A stretch of 64,000 nucleotides of DNA, from positions 1 through 64,000 of the forward strand of contig JAAILG010001533.1 in assembly GCA_012026655.1 (NCBI GenBank), read 5' to 3'. Shown piece after piece: positions 25,601 through 40,600 of this stretch (positions are counted from its first letter, which is position 1; the number at the start of each line of letters is the position of its first letter). The stretch is from Hydrolagus affinis (Eukaryota). The translations under genes were made by a program, and so were the position numbers. Below the pieces are notes generated by a model, which made no database searches, was not told where the DNA came from, and worked only from the letters and a program-made list of their open reading frames with translations.

Positions 25601-28600
25601 TGCGTTTCTCCCATAAAATAATCAATTCACTTCAGTATATAATCTGCAAAGCACTTTGAGACATCTAGATGACACGATGAGGCGTGATATCAAATGCAAG
25701 AATTATTATTACCACAAAGAGAAAAATATCTTAAACATAACTGTTTTAAAATGGTACAGTATTTATATTATATTCTTGTTATTGTCACATAAATAATTAA
25801 CCACTTTTGAAGAAACTGCTAATGCAAGGATAGATTTTAATGTCCTCTTGAAACAGTCCCTCACCTGACTTTCTCCGAGAGAAATGCCAACCGTGTCCAG
25901 GAATTGGTCTATGTAAGAGATTATGGATCCAAAAACAACAGGGCTCCTGGTGTACTCCCCGCCCTGCCACAAACATAACAGACTTAGTGTTACCTTACTG
26001 ACTAAACAAGCACTCTACCAAAGAAAATACAGATATTATAAAAAGGACCGATGCTTCGCTTTAATTTTATCACTGAAAGGGATAGAGGAATTATTATGAA
26101 AGAGTATGAAATATTGCAACCGTTAGATTTCGATGGTGACTTCGATTATATTGCTGAAGAAGACCCAGTTTCTTCTGTGTGAAGAAACTTACTTGGCACA
26201 CACTCATCTAGTTAGATAAATAACCATCTTTCATTTCTTGGTAATAAAGTGCAGATTATTGCTTGATTCACATGAATATGTCATGATTATTAATCCTGTG
26301 ATGGGATGTTATCTCGTTTTAGCTATTAAATATTAGATTCACTGGTAGTGAATACTCACTGATTCCAGCCCAAATGAAAAATGCAACCCCATGAGCATAG
26401 TAGAATAAGATCATCAACCAAATCCACAGATATGATGAGTGATTGCAAGGTGGATTCATATCTCTGGTTTCAATGCCTTGATGAAACAGCTGCCTTATAA
26501 TTGCTCTGGGTATCTGAAAATGACAACCTCTTGATCCTAGTTGCAATTTCCAATCTGTACTGCGCCCCAACTAGGCATTTGCACAACTAGGCACTAAAGA
26601 TGTCTTTGTAATTTCATTTAAATATAAAAAATATAAGCCCATTTGAGGTGAGGAGGAGGAAATTCTGCTTGCTTCAGAACATTGGTTATCCATTGAAATT
26701 TTTTATTTGAGAATGAAGGCTAATGCAATTGCTGGTCACAGAGTCCATGAACTCCACTCAGAGCTATTGGAAAATCATAAAGGACTTACAGTACATGTTT
26801 CTTTTCATAAAGAAACAAGTACGTTTCTCATCCTGAGGACCCCTTCAGTTTAAAAGATTGTGGTAATTATCTGCAAAACTATCCATATTGTTAATTTTGA
26901 CATAAATCAATCTGGCATCTCATTTAAGTGTAAATTTCTGGTTTGTCTGATGATATGAGGAGACTATGGCAATTCGGTACAGATCACATTTAGCCCAACT
27001 TTACAGCATATTCTGTGAACCGCTTTGAGGCATCTAGAAGGTGAAAAAGCACTATCAAATGCAAGGATCATTATTATAATCAGAAGAACTGATATGGAAT
27101 AATTGTTAACCCTTGAGAAAAGATAATTTAGTACAGTATTTTATAATTAAATAACACATAAGTACATTACATGGTTTTAAAACCAGTTGAACAAAAGAGA
27201 CTTTAATGACCAATGTGGCACATATACTGTGCTGATGATGACTTGCTGGGTTGAACAGATATAAATCCAAATCTTGCTCATAGAATACAACCAAATGTAA
27301 AGTTGCAGACTTGCTCAGATTTCCCACCTCCTAAAAGAGATTCCAATCCATGTCTCCAGCCACAGTTGAAGATGATCTCTTTTAACAAACCCAATTAGGA
27401 TGTCCATGAACACATTTATCATGGCATAGTCAATCACAATACATAAGAACATAAGAACATAAGAATTATGCTCACCTTCAAGGTGCAACATTCATACATT
27501 TGGGGAGACTGAAACATGGAATCCTAATGTGTTACCTTTGGAACTACCTGAAGCTGTCTGTTACCATGGTGAACAAGATGCATAATTGAATCAATGGCCC
27601 TCGGGGTATCAAAGTCATCAGCCAAGGCAGTCTGCACATTAACTTTTGTTGCACTTAACCTGCATACAAAATTAAAAAAATTGAAACAAGAAAAAAAGTA
27701 ATGAAAGTAAACCCAGCAACCCATAAATTAAATAACTTGGTTATATCATGATAGTCTCTGATCATAGTCAATCATATGAAGAGTTACATGCCTGATGATT
27801 AATAATCAAAAGATCAGAAAATGTACACTTGCTAAATATTACACAATACAATATATAATTATGCAGCGCCTTTCTTGGGAGGATATGTCAAAATGCTCCA
27901 TGCAACTGGCTGAGAACCTGAGGGTGGGAAGAATTATATAACTGTAACTCAGGGGCACTTTAGAAGATCAATTAGTAAAACTAGAGGCAAAGCAGCCAAA
28001 TCTATATATAATCTATCCTACAGTATAGACAAAAAATATTTTATGCATAAAAGTAGCTCATTTGGAACAAATTCTTAAATTCTTAACAAGTTTGCTTTAA
28101 TCCACAATATATTAAACATTCAGAGTGAACAACAACAACTTGCATTAATATAGCACCCTTCACATGAGCAGCAACTTGGAGCGTTTAATAGTGGTGGAAC
28201 TTGTGGCCAAACCAGTGTAACTGTACATAAGTCGGAGAAGGAGGCAATGTAGAGGGATTGAAATAGTGAGTTCCAGAGTTTGGGGGCTGAAAGCATGGCT
28301 GAGCGAGCGGTGGGAAGAGGGACGAGTAGAAGCTGGAGCCAGCTGGGCGAAGGGTTCTGCAACTGGGAGCCAGTGGAGCCAGGGGTGGACTGTGATAATG
28401 GGGTGCAGTGAACAATTGTGTTTGGTGTAAAGCAATAATTTCAGAACTCTGACCCACAATCTCCAAACTAAACCTTGTTATTAAAAAAAGGCATTTCCCC
28501 ATAGAGAGGAGAGAGAAACAAATTCTCAGACAATCTATCTCACTGTTGTGTACCCATAGTAAATAGGTAAAGAGCAATATTTCTCATCTCCAAGGACCAG

Positions 28601-31600
28601 TTAAAAATATGAGTTTCCACAACAGGGATGCAATACATCCTGGTGGGACCCTGACTTTCAAGGTTTAACTTACTGATCAAGTATGTATTGGACAATAAAT
28701 GCTTGAATCACCACAAGTGAGAAATAGAATACCATTGCCCAATAACGTCTTCAGTAATTTGATTACGCTGATATGACAGACCTGTTTGTGTAGTTTGTTT
28801 CCTTCAAGTCCCACCTCAAGACCCCCCTCTTCATCGGTCCCATCGGCCACACTTGAATTCCCGTCTTTTCCTCCAGCCTCACCGTCCTCAACCCCAGTTT
28901 GAGTCTGAAACAATGACTGTCCAGCGCCTTGGGACGTCCTCCTGATGTGAAAGGCACTATACAAGTATAATTTTGTTGTTGTTCTTGTTGTTCAGAGTGA
29001 AAAAACAGGAAAAACCCTTTCAACTAAGAATCTATCCACTAAAAAATTCTACGCTGGAAACTAGTGAAAGTGATACCACCTTTACTGTAGCAATCGGCTG
29101 ATCTGAAAAGGCTCAAGAGTTCACAACATGAATCACATAATTAGGGGAAGGTGCAAGGACGACCCAAGGAAGTGCTTTCCCAAGTTGACCAAAATAAAAA
29201 GTCCCAGTTCAACTTCAAGTCAATAAATATCACAATCTGTTGAACAAGCTTTGCTTAAATGCATTTATTCCCAGGAGCTTGTGTCAATATCTCTTTAAGC
29301 AGTGAGAAGGAAGAATACAGAAGAGGCCACCTCAGTAGCCAGTGAACCCTTTCTCTTCTCTTGTCAAGGGTAGGGGAAAGGAACAAGACCATAAATTAGT
29401 GAGCCAATAGTGCTAAACAATCAAACCTGCTCTCCCCCAGATGACCCACATCTGATATGTTATTGGCTCCCACAATTGGCGACCTACCACAACACACTAT
29501 ACCAAAGAAACCAGGGAAGCAGGTGTTCAATTCTGCAGAAATAGCCAGGGGCAACAGACAGAGGAACCACTGAAGTGATTGAGCTAACTTGATATAAGGT
29601 AATTTATCTTTACAGGTGTTTGTTTCTAATTATTTAATGATGATAGATAGAGCCTGGACTACACATCAGTTACTAAGCACTCTCTAAGTAGGAACATATA
29701 TTTAGAGAATATTTGCTGAGAAATAGATTCATTCATGAGAGATTTTTCCCCCTTTGCTCAGAGATAGGTACGCAGTAAGAAACCAGTTAATAAATTGATG
29801 TCTACAAACTACAAATCAATCCTCAAGGGTTAAAACTTGCTTGAAACAAAATTATCATGGTAGTTTATCAAATGGACAGGAAGAAAAACATGATTCATTT
29901 CCTTTTATAATTTTTGATTAATGAAGTGCATTATACCTCAACCATACCTTTCCCACAATAAGATTTCATCAACCTCTAGACTCTCCAGTTGTCCTCCCAT
30001 GTAAGCAGATGCATTGTTGATAAAAGATGAAATAGACTGGAGAAGGGTTTTGGCTTCAGTCATACTGGCCTCACTGTAATCCACAGCTGCAACACACAAC
30101 ACAGCTTCAACACTGGGTTCAGTTCAACATCATTTCATTTCCCAATCTTGTAAAGAAGATCAGTTATCTGCTCATCAAATATCATGTCATACCTGATCTA
30201 TATTTTGATAGAAGACAAAACATTCTAAATTGATTTGCTGTGAAGGTTTTCAAGAAATCCTGATAATAAAATTAATTGACATTTATCAAAATTAGTATGC
30301 TATGCATCAGAAACAAAGAAACTTGCCTTTAATCACATCAGAAAGTCCTACACAGGTATCTTTTGTCGAATTCATTGACTTTTTGAGTACTCCCAACCTT
30401 CCTCTCAAACTAACATTGTAGTTCAGTTGGATCCTCAACACTCATTTCTTCTAAACATCCAGTCCTTGAGCAAGATTGTCTTTCTTCCTCTCTGCCACAT
30501 TGCTCACTCCGCCACTTTGCCCACTCCGTCACATTGCCCACTCTGCCCTATCTCACACCAAATGCCTGGACTTTTCAAATATAGTCCTCGCTGGAATTAC
30601 CAGCTGCATCATCCATAAGATCCACTTTATACAAAGGCTCCACATTGCATAAATCTCCCTGCAGTTTAATTTCACTCTTGATAACATTAGCTTAGCGATT
30701 AGAGCACTCGCCTCACAAGAGGGAGGACCTGAGTTTGATTTCTGGGCAGAGTAAAACATTGGGCAAGTTTCCTGACTCAACTGGCCTCTGTTTACTAGCA
30801 GCAAGTAGGAACACGGTTGTTAGTCGAATTGCTTTTCCAAGGATAATAATCCCTTCATTATTTTTTTAAATAATTGTCACTCAATCCACAACTATTTGTG
30901 GGACACTGCTATGCACGATAGGATGTCGCGTTTTGCCCACAAAATATAAAGTCAATTAGCTTACATTATATTCCGTGAAACTCTTTGAGACATCTCGAAG
31001 ACGTGATAAGGTGTTACATCAAATGCAAGGATTATTATGATTATTATTATTCCTCCCTCTTCCTAATTTACCAACAATTTAGATTAATTGGCCGCTCATT
31101 TGATTATTTCAGGTATGGCTGACATAAAATAACTGCGAGTGATACTCGGTAATGGGTATTTTATGCCCATCTGTCTAACTCCTATATAAAAAAAACACTT
31201 ATTGTTCAGAACATTTCTGGACCTCAGTGAAAATTTAAACACAGCAAAACTGAGATTGGTAAAGTATATCAAATTGTAGATCCATTTCTGTGGCCTCAGA
31301 ATAAAGATGAATTGTTAACAAAAATGTTCTTTCATAAATGCAATGTAAATTCCCAGTGATATTCCCAATTCGAAAGAAAAGAGCAAATGAGAAGTGGGAT
31401 AAAGCATAAGTCGAGTAATTGTGTATGGTAATAGCCAGACATCATTCTTGGTGCTCTTAAAAGGACAGATCTATGAAAGCATTTTCATAACACATTAAAA
31501 GCCCATTTATCCATGACCCATTCAACTGTAACTTCCGTATAACCGGCACATCAAAAAAAAGGTCCGCATTTGATTAACTGGAATTTATCCGGAAAAAAGC

Positions 31601-34600
31601 ATTCAAAAACAAATGTGTTTTTTTGCATTTTCGGCCGAATATCCATCAAGCGCTTTAACCGGCCTTGGCCAGGTCCTGAGGGTGCCGGATAAACAGGCTT
31701 TTACTGTAATACTGGTATTTACTTTTAATACGGTGCCTTGCTATTTTGTCAAGACATCTCAAAGCTCTTCGCAGAATATCTAGAGTTATACCAGCTACCT
31801 GAAACATCTGACTTAAAATGAGTTGCAGAATCTCTTTCTAATTAGGATTGTAATTCTATAGGTCATCTTGACGTTAACTAATAATCATAAATATACCTTA
31901 CTATTATCTGTAGGAAATGTTAATTTTGGACAACTACCTATGGTGTAAAGGAAAAAAAAATATTGGTGGAATGTTACAGTGTATCTGTTTACCTAGCAGT
32001 AATTAGGAACCATGTTGGTAGTCAATTGGCGGATCACTTTCTGGGAGGAATAATCCCTCCAACAAAAAAAAGTAATAATTTGGTCAATCAACCACAATTG
32101 TTTGTGGGACACTGCTGTGCGCAATTAGCTGACACAGTTCGCCCACACACAGTCACTACACTATACAGTATATTCAGTGAAAGCATTTTGAGACGTCTTG
32201 AAGACGTGATAAGGCGCCATATCAAATAAAACGATTATTATTATTATCAGTTACAAAGATTAAATGTTGATCCTTTGACTGTGAAACAGTAGTTCAAATT
32301 ACAGGCTATACGTAGATTTTCTTCAGCCTTTTCCAAGGTGCAACTCTACCATATTAGGTCCACAGACGATTAGTAAACTGGTCTGGGAGTGATAGCTTCT
32401 TACATTGCTTAAGCATGGTTGTCCATGGGTTAACCAAGTATCATTACGTCCTGGCCAGCACTGCTCCTGATAAATTGGTCATTCACTTTATGGAAGCTGG
32501 TAGAATCTTGCTATGTACAAATTGTTTTTCAATTTTGTCTATACAGTCAATGGCAGACATCTGCCTCCAGTGTGGTGTGAGGATCTCAGATCCTATTAAC
32601 CCTGCAAGCCAAAGCCTTAATGGGTAGGGTGGTCTGAGCTGCACAAGGAGTGGGAAAGTTTGCCAGATAGTGCTATCAACGCTAGTTGATTTTAGTTGGT
32701 TAGACTTCGGAAGTACCCCAACACACAATCTGGGTGTCGCCAAGCCATGGCTCCTGCCAACCTGCACCTAATACTTTCCAGAATTGGGTAAGCAGTCCGC
32801 ATTCCATTCCAACAATCTATCCCTGGGATTTCCATATGTAGGTGAGATACATGGAATTCTCAGTTTGGTTTGAATATTGGGGTTTGGTTTGGGTAATGGG
32901 TTTCTGCATGTGTCAGACACCCGGCTGACCAAAATAAGAGGTGGCATGCTCTAGAAGTCTTACTAGAATGCTTTCCCTATGCTGGAGAATCGGTAAGAAT
33001 TTACTCATTATTAATAATAATCCTTGCATTTGATATAGTGCCTCATCATGTCTTCTAGACTTCTCAAAGCACTTCACAGAATAAATATACTGTAAAGTGA
33101 ATTGACTGTATATTTTGTGGGCGAAAAGCAGCAGCCAATTGCACACAGCACTGTCCCACAAACAGTCGTAGAATGAAATGACCAAATTGTTATTGTTTTT
33201 TTGAGGGATTATTATTAGGTGTGTGGGGTAAGGAAACTTGCCCAAGGTTTCGCCCTGCCTGGAATTCAACCCAGGTCTCTCACTTGTAAGGTGAATGCTC
33301 TAATCACCGAGCTACAAGACTCCACATTAATAGATAATGGAAAATAGTGAAAGTAGGGAGAATAGGAGCCTACTGACATTATAACTAGAAACTACCATAG
33401 CTACGTTGCTGACGTGTCTTAATGTATTAACAGCGAAGGATGGCATTCCGTTCTGAATAATGCCAACTCCTCCTTATCCAGGCAACCCACCCTGTGACTG
33501 CTGATTAGAAAAGATTCCTTTCAAGGTTTAACACTAAATGGAATTCACCTATTATGCTGGATGCAGAGGTTAGGAATTCTAAATACAACTATAAAAATAG
33601 GCTTTTAAAAAATCTTGATGAATGAATTTTACCTTGATTGTGATGTAGTTTTTCAATGATTTGGACATCTTTTCTTCACTTCCTTTTAAATGCAAATGCC
33701 CTAAAATAAATAAAGCAGTAGAACAAGAGGAATAAAAAATGGATAAATACACAAACCTAAAATATCTGACGAAGAGTCATGGACCTGAAAAGTTGACTTA
33801 CTTTTCCTTTCTCCATAGATGCTGCCTGACCTGCTGAGTGTTCCCAGCGATTTCTGTTTTTGTTTCAAATTACAGCATCTGCAGTATTTTGTGTTTTTGT
33901 TTAACCTAAAATATCTATGTTGTAACAAAAAAAATCTACATTGGCTTCTAGCATCTTAAGAACACGTTCTAAATCTCAAATGCACCAATAGAAAGCAACC
34001 CCTTATCAGAACTTCTATTTCCAAAGCATAAATGGAAATGTCTAATACTTACAGAATACCTCAGTTACTATGAAATAAAAAAGCCTATTCCATTGACAGC
34101 TGCATAGAATTTCAGCAAACATAATTTTACGCAGACCTAGAGCAAAGGATTGCAACCTCTTTCCTCTGGTAACATTTTAAGCATCTAAACTTCAAATCAA
34201 ATGTCCCATTCACCTCAACTCTGTTTCAGTAAACACTTCCATGCAAAGTGAAGCACAACATACACAAGATCTTACAAACAAATTTTGGCTGTTGCAGTAT
34301 GCTGATGTTGGATTGCTTAGACTTTTGAACTCATTCCTAACATGAAACTTGACATTTCTGAATCCTTAGAAATTCATTTTTACCATCCATCAGTTAGTTC
34401 ACCACAAATGAATGTAAAACAAGCAATAATGTTACTGTTAATAAAAAAAAGTACTGCAGAAATCTGGTATAAACAACAACAAAATTACATTTGTATAGCG
34501 CCTTTCATATCAACAACAACAACTTCAATTTATATAGTGCCCTCCACGCCGGACGGCAGGAGCTGAAACACAGAAGTCCATAAGAACGAAATGCAGCAGG

Positions 34601-37600
34601 TCAGGCAGCATCAATGGAGAGAAGAAAATTAGTTAACAGTTCAGGTCAATGATCTTGCGGCAGAACTTTGTTAATAATGTGACTGTTAATGATGTTTTTT
34701 GCTGCAGTGCCAATAGCCGGTGCATACCTGAGTGCAAAAAGTAGTTTCCCCATTGCTCACACTGATGGTAGGCTTCACACTGTGCAATCTCATTCTCGTG
34801 GTGTGGAAAGGCCAAATCAATGCCACCTGAATGGATGTCCAGTTTGTTTCCAAAAACAGAGCTGCAAATGACAATTATCGTTTTCTGAAATATTGAGTCA
34901 ATTTTTTTTTAACATTGTTCATGAGTAAAATGCCCATCGTATTCAAACCAGCATCTATTCAGTGTTTAACGAAACTTTAACAATGGATGTCTGAATCAAA
35001 AAAAGTATGAATAAAAAAACGATATGATCTTCAATCACTCTTGTATGACCATATTTGTGTCATATAATGTGCATTGTATGGTGGTGGTGGTAGTTTTTAC
35101 TCAATTTCACCCGTATTTGCTAGTAAATTATGGCTAGATGATTTCCATGTGGTCGTTAAAGATGTTCTAAGGCAGTGGAAGACATATATTCGGACATGTA
35201 GCTCAGTACTAAAAGTACAAATGCTCTACAAATAATGCCACTTTCAGCTCAGTTTACACGGATTCACCAAGAAACAAGCATATTTAACCTTGCAACTGTC
35301 GAACACTCAATGTGCCAACCAGGCCTTCCCCTTCCCCATGGAGACTCCCAAAATGGTTCCTGTGGTTTAGATGCTTTCCAAAGGGCAAAGTCCCTGGAAT
35401 CTTTTTTATCACTGACTCCTATAAATAACAAAGAACAAACAAAATTACGACATTTATAGATTTTTTTGGATAATTTTGTTTTGAATAAAACATTCAAAAT
35501 ATAAATATATTAATAATTAATATGTAACAGAATATAAAATATTGCAACCTCAGGGTTGTTGTGATCCTTATACATGTGTAATTTTCTTCAATATTCTACA
35601 ACACTTACCTCACCTCAAGCCCATTGGAAAGAGACTTCATTTCTATTGAATTAAGTTTAACCTAAATCAGCAGAAATCTATGTAACAATTTGCATTCAGG
35701 ATAATTAACAAGAACAAACAACAAAATTACATTTATAGAGCACCTTTCATGTGGGAGGATAAGGTATAAACAGTATGCTATAACATGCACTTACTTGTAA
35801 GAGCACCTTTCACATAAGCTCAATATCTTGAAACACTTCATAAAAATGAATCACTGAACAGAGGAAAAGAACAGGTGTTTGAGGCTCGACCACAGTCAAG
35901 ATAGTGGTTTTGAACATCATTCCCCAATTCAAAGCAGATAGTAAATGCGGGAGCAAAGGAGGGTAAGGTAGCAGCATTATGATTTAAGAAGTAGGGTGGT
36001 TTTGATAGACAACTGGGTGAATGTGCGACGTAGGCAATCATACAATTTATAAAGGTAAGACTTAGGCGAGTTTTACTGTAATTTAACAGTACTAGTAATT
36101 TAAAACAGGCATGTGAATGTTAAATCTATTACATAGATTTTGTTCATATTAGTGTGAATTAGGTGTCAGCCTGGCTCAGTTGGTAGCTCTTTCACCTGAG
36201 TCACAAGGCCCATTTCAGGAGATTGAACTCAGAGTCTAAGCTGCTACTCCCAACACAACAACAACAATTACGTTTGCATATTATAAAGTGCTGTATTGTT
36301 GGACATGCCATCCTTTGGATAAGACGTTATTTCAGCGCCTTGGGACATCCTCCCGACGTGAAAGACACTCTAGAAATGTAATTTTATTGTTGTGGTGGAT
36401 ATTTCACTTTCCAGCTGTTTTGGGACAGTGCGATCCGCACAACTGACTACCACAATGCAGTAGGTACACAACACAATAAATCCGGTCTAGCACTTTAAAG
36501 TTATCCTCCCAAAATGAAAGGCACTACATCAAATGCAAGAATTATTATATTATTGAATTATTTTAATTTAACCTTCAATTGGCAATGTGTTGCAAAGCTC
36601 ATAACCTTACAGTAAAATGCCTGTGCTCATTTCCTAAAGTGGGTGCAAACTAATATCAGGATTATAAAGACATACTTGGCTCTCCAACAAAGTCAGCAGA
36701 CACCTCAATCAGCTTCCCATAGCGACTGCCAATAGACTGTACATCAAAGTAAACATTTCCTAAAATAAAGCAAAGGCAGTGATCTACACAGACAAATAAA
36801 CCCATGTACTCAAATTATTCATTCGTGACATTCACTCAATTAACTGAATATCAGATTTAAGCCGTTGTCAAAAAATTTAAAACTAAGCTAAAACTAGAAA
36901 AATATCCTAACTCATCTAGCGTCATTCATCATTCTGTGAGCAAAGTAGCCAGAGTACATGTGAACTGCAATTTGAAAATCAACAACACACAAAATCTGCA
37001 AGATTGAAGTTTAAATTATGCACAAATGTGTACATTTACATTTGAGAATTTGCAGCTGCAAATATAGAAAGGAAATGTGACTGCGAAGCCAGCCGGCACA
37101 CAGAAAGTGAACAGGCTGGCTGTGCGTGCGCAATACACAGAGTACACAGTTCAACTGTGGTATAACAGAATTCACAATATGAAGAAGAGTAGGATACAAT
37201 CATCACTGTAGTCAGAGTAGGATACAATCATCCCTGTAATTTCCCACATAGCCACTAGAGTATGCTCTATTGAGTACTAAAACACTGACCTTAATGTTTC
37301 TGGTGGAGATCAAACTATCAACTATCATATGTTAGGTGTCTATTTTAATCGTACACCCTGAGCTATGTTTTTAAAATCTATTCTGTCGAACAAAGGAACA
37401 TACAGATATGTGCCAGGACAAAAAAATCACCGATTTTGCTTATTCACTGTGCTCTGTGAAAAAAATAGTCTGTTCACCTTAACTCATATTGTCATGAGGG
37501 AGTTTACTCCAAGACTCTCCCATGTTTTTGTTTCAGATTACAAACTAAAATTAATATCTTGCTTTATCAGAATTGCTTACCAATTCCATCCCTATTTGGA

Positions 37601-40600
37601 AAGAGTATTGGGAATAAAACCTTTCAGCACAGGATGCCTTTCAGACGTTTAATAAGGTTCTCAACTTTAAATCAGATTAATTTTCTCAGCAGTTCAACAA
37701 TGGAGCTACAAAACACTCCCCACCCAACATGAAATAAATAATGGCATGTGCACGAATAAATTCATAAACTGCAAAATAAGAGTAAATCAAATTTCAGCTA
37801 AAAGAAACTTTCAATCTCACAATTGTGTTGTAGGCCCTACTCAAGAGTTTCCAGTTGGTTTGAGGTAAACTCACCTGTGGAAGTGGCATAAGCATGTCCA
37901 TTATAAATGATTTTATCTATATATTCTACAATCTTGGGAATGTTGTCAGTCACTCTCATATAAACTGTGGGTGGAAGTACCTGCACAAAACATATTCAAA
38001 ATAGTTTATTTTTTAAAAATTAAACCAAGTTGCTACTTTATTTGTAATACAGTAATTTGATCACTCAATCCATGACTGTTTGTGGGACACTGCCATGCAC
38101 AAATGGCTGCTAGGTTTCGCCCACAAAATCTAATAATAATCATCCTTGCATTTGATATAGCACTTTTCACGTCTTCTAGACGTCTCAAAGTGCTTCACAG
38201 AATATACTGTAAAATGAATTGACTATTTTTGTGGGAGAAATGCGGCAGCCATTTTGCGCACAGCAGTGTCGCACAAACAGTCGTGACTTGCGTGACCAAT
38301 TTATTATTGGGTTTTTATATACCGTCTATGTACCTATATAGTGAATTGACGGTGAGATGTCTCAAACCCTGATAAGATGTCTCAAAGGCTGATAAGATGT
38401 GATATCAAATGCTAGATTATTATAAATATTATTATTGGATATTCAAAATAAGGCTGTGATCTTGTTTCGAGGTAGACATCAAAGTAACATTTTATCCTGA
38501 AATTATCTTTTCCAGGCACTTAGATCATTAGACGTACTGTATTTGAAAGCTGGAAGATTTAAAACTAGCTTTGTGTTTCCATTCCTAGACTATTTCACAA
38601 AAAATCATTGTATATTCAGGTCTGCCACATTGATTGGAGTTGGACAGGCTGCAAATTTATGCTTTTTACAGAAATAACGCTCAAATAAGATCAAATGACT
38701 GTTGGGCACACTCAGTAGGTCAAGCAGTATCTATGGAGAAAGGAAAAGTGAGTCAACGTTTCAGATCCCGAACCGTTTGTCAGAAATTGCTGCCTGACCC
38801 GCTGAGTGTTCCCAGCGATTTATGTTTTTGTTTCAGATTTTCAGCATCTGCAGTATTTTGCGTTTTTGATCAAATTACTGTTGTTTGTATCTGAATTCAT
38901 GGAAAGAGATGGCAGAACCTTGAGGCTAACAAATTTCAATGGTGCCAGTTTTTTTTGGAGAGATCCTTCCAGACATCAGTGCAAACACAACACAATCATT
39001 CTGTGCCCACAGAAAACTCCACAGCAGAATAAGTGCTTATACTGGTTAGCAAACTAGTCCTTCAAACACAAATTCAAGCAAATATTTGCACCTCTTCTTC
39101 AAAGGTTCAAAAGAAGAAAGTATAAAAAATGCTGATCAAAAAGGATATAACAAAATACAGAACAAAAATTGAAAACAAACAACTAAGGAGGTAAAAACAT
39201 GTTTTTCTTTAATGAGAAAACAAGTTAAATATTAAATGTACCACTTGCAGCTATAATACCACCAGTACAAAGAAATTATCCTGACCTTTCAGGGGGAACC
39301 TCCATTCAAGCCACCATTCAAGATTATGATGGTGCTAGGAGCATCTTTGGAGTCAGTCTCATAAAGAGCTTAATGCAGCATCATGTGCAGTGTGATGTAG
39401 TAGACCTGATTCTGACAGTGGGTGTTAGAAAACAGAAAGAGTTCCATTCCAGGCACGCACTTCTCTCACCTTAATGTAGTTAGTACAGATTGATAAGACA
39501 TGGCTTGCATCAGTGATTTCCTACAGGAGAAATTTCGGATTTTGGTCTAGTCATGGAGTGGAGGTGGGAGGAGATAAACATATCGGGAGGGCGAGTGGGT
39601 GGATGGAGGGGAAGGAAAGAGCACTGGACAGATAATATGAAAAACACAAAACATTAAAAAGGCGCGATTCTGATCCTTCTATATCCATGCAAAATATATT
39701 GTAAAATATTAAACCCGGCCTTCTCTCCGCAAACCAACCTGAATGGCTTCTATGCAGTTTCTGGTGGTCAATGATAAAGTGATACCATTTAAGAGCAATA
39801 ATAGACCTGCAAAAAAATGCAAGGATTTGTCGGGTACCTAGAAACTCAAACTGGTCACAGCTATTGGATTAATGTCAATGTTTCCAAACAATAGGGAATG
39901 TTCTGTGGCGCAGTGGGGAGCCAATGAATGTTTTGGGGGCAAGGTGAAAGAATAGAACGCATTTTAAAAACTAACTGAATGTCTTTATTCTATACTTTCA
40001 ATTTATCCACTGGAAATGAACCATTACTAGAAAGGCAAGTCAGTTGCTTCTCAAGTTATTTGAATGCTCAAAATATAATAATCCTTGCATTTGATATAGT
40101 GTTCTGCAAGTCTTCTAGACGTCTCAATGTGTTTCACAGAATAAGCTGTAAAGTGAATTGACTATATCTGTGGCCAATTGCACACAGCAAAAGTCGTGGA
40201 TTGAGTGACCGATATCATTTTTAAAAAAATAATTACTATCCCCAGAAAAGTCATTTTACAACTGGGTTCCTACGTACTGCTAGGAAAATGAAGAGAATGA
40301 TAAGAATAAAAATAAAACATAAACATATTTAACTCAAAAAATAAGTACCGTTATAGGAAGCCCACATCAAGTGTACAAGATTCACTTATGCATTAAACTA
40401 ATGCATACAACCCCATGCATGTGCAATGCACTGCGGTATTATCAGTCTCAATGATATATGTAATATCGTACACCCACACATGTGGAATAGCTTTTCTTGG
40501 ACCTCATTAAATTGTGTTCCAGAATCTTTCTTTTTCAATTATTACTTCGATTTACTTCAAAATTAGAAGCAAATATTATTATAATCTTATTGAGAGCACA

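Noticed and set aside
27440-27466. (aagaacat)n tandem repeat as a regulatory element
   Set aside because: Matches the CR1 3' terminal octamer repeat seen at 10155; an orphan tail.
37186-37238. Short tandem duplication agagtaggatacaatcatc (also 2243-2290, 22410-22455, 38354-38400)
   Set aside because: Ordinary slippage duplications in introns with no other signal.
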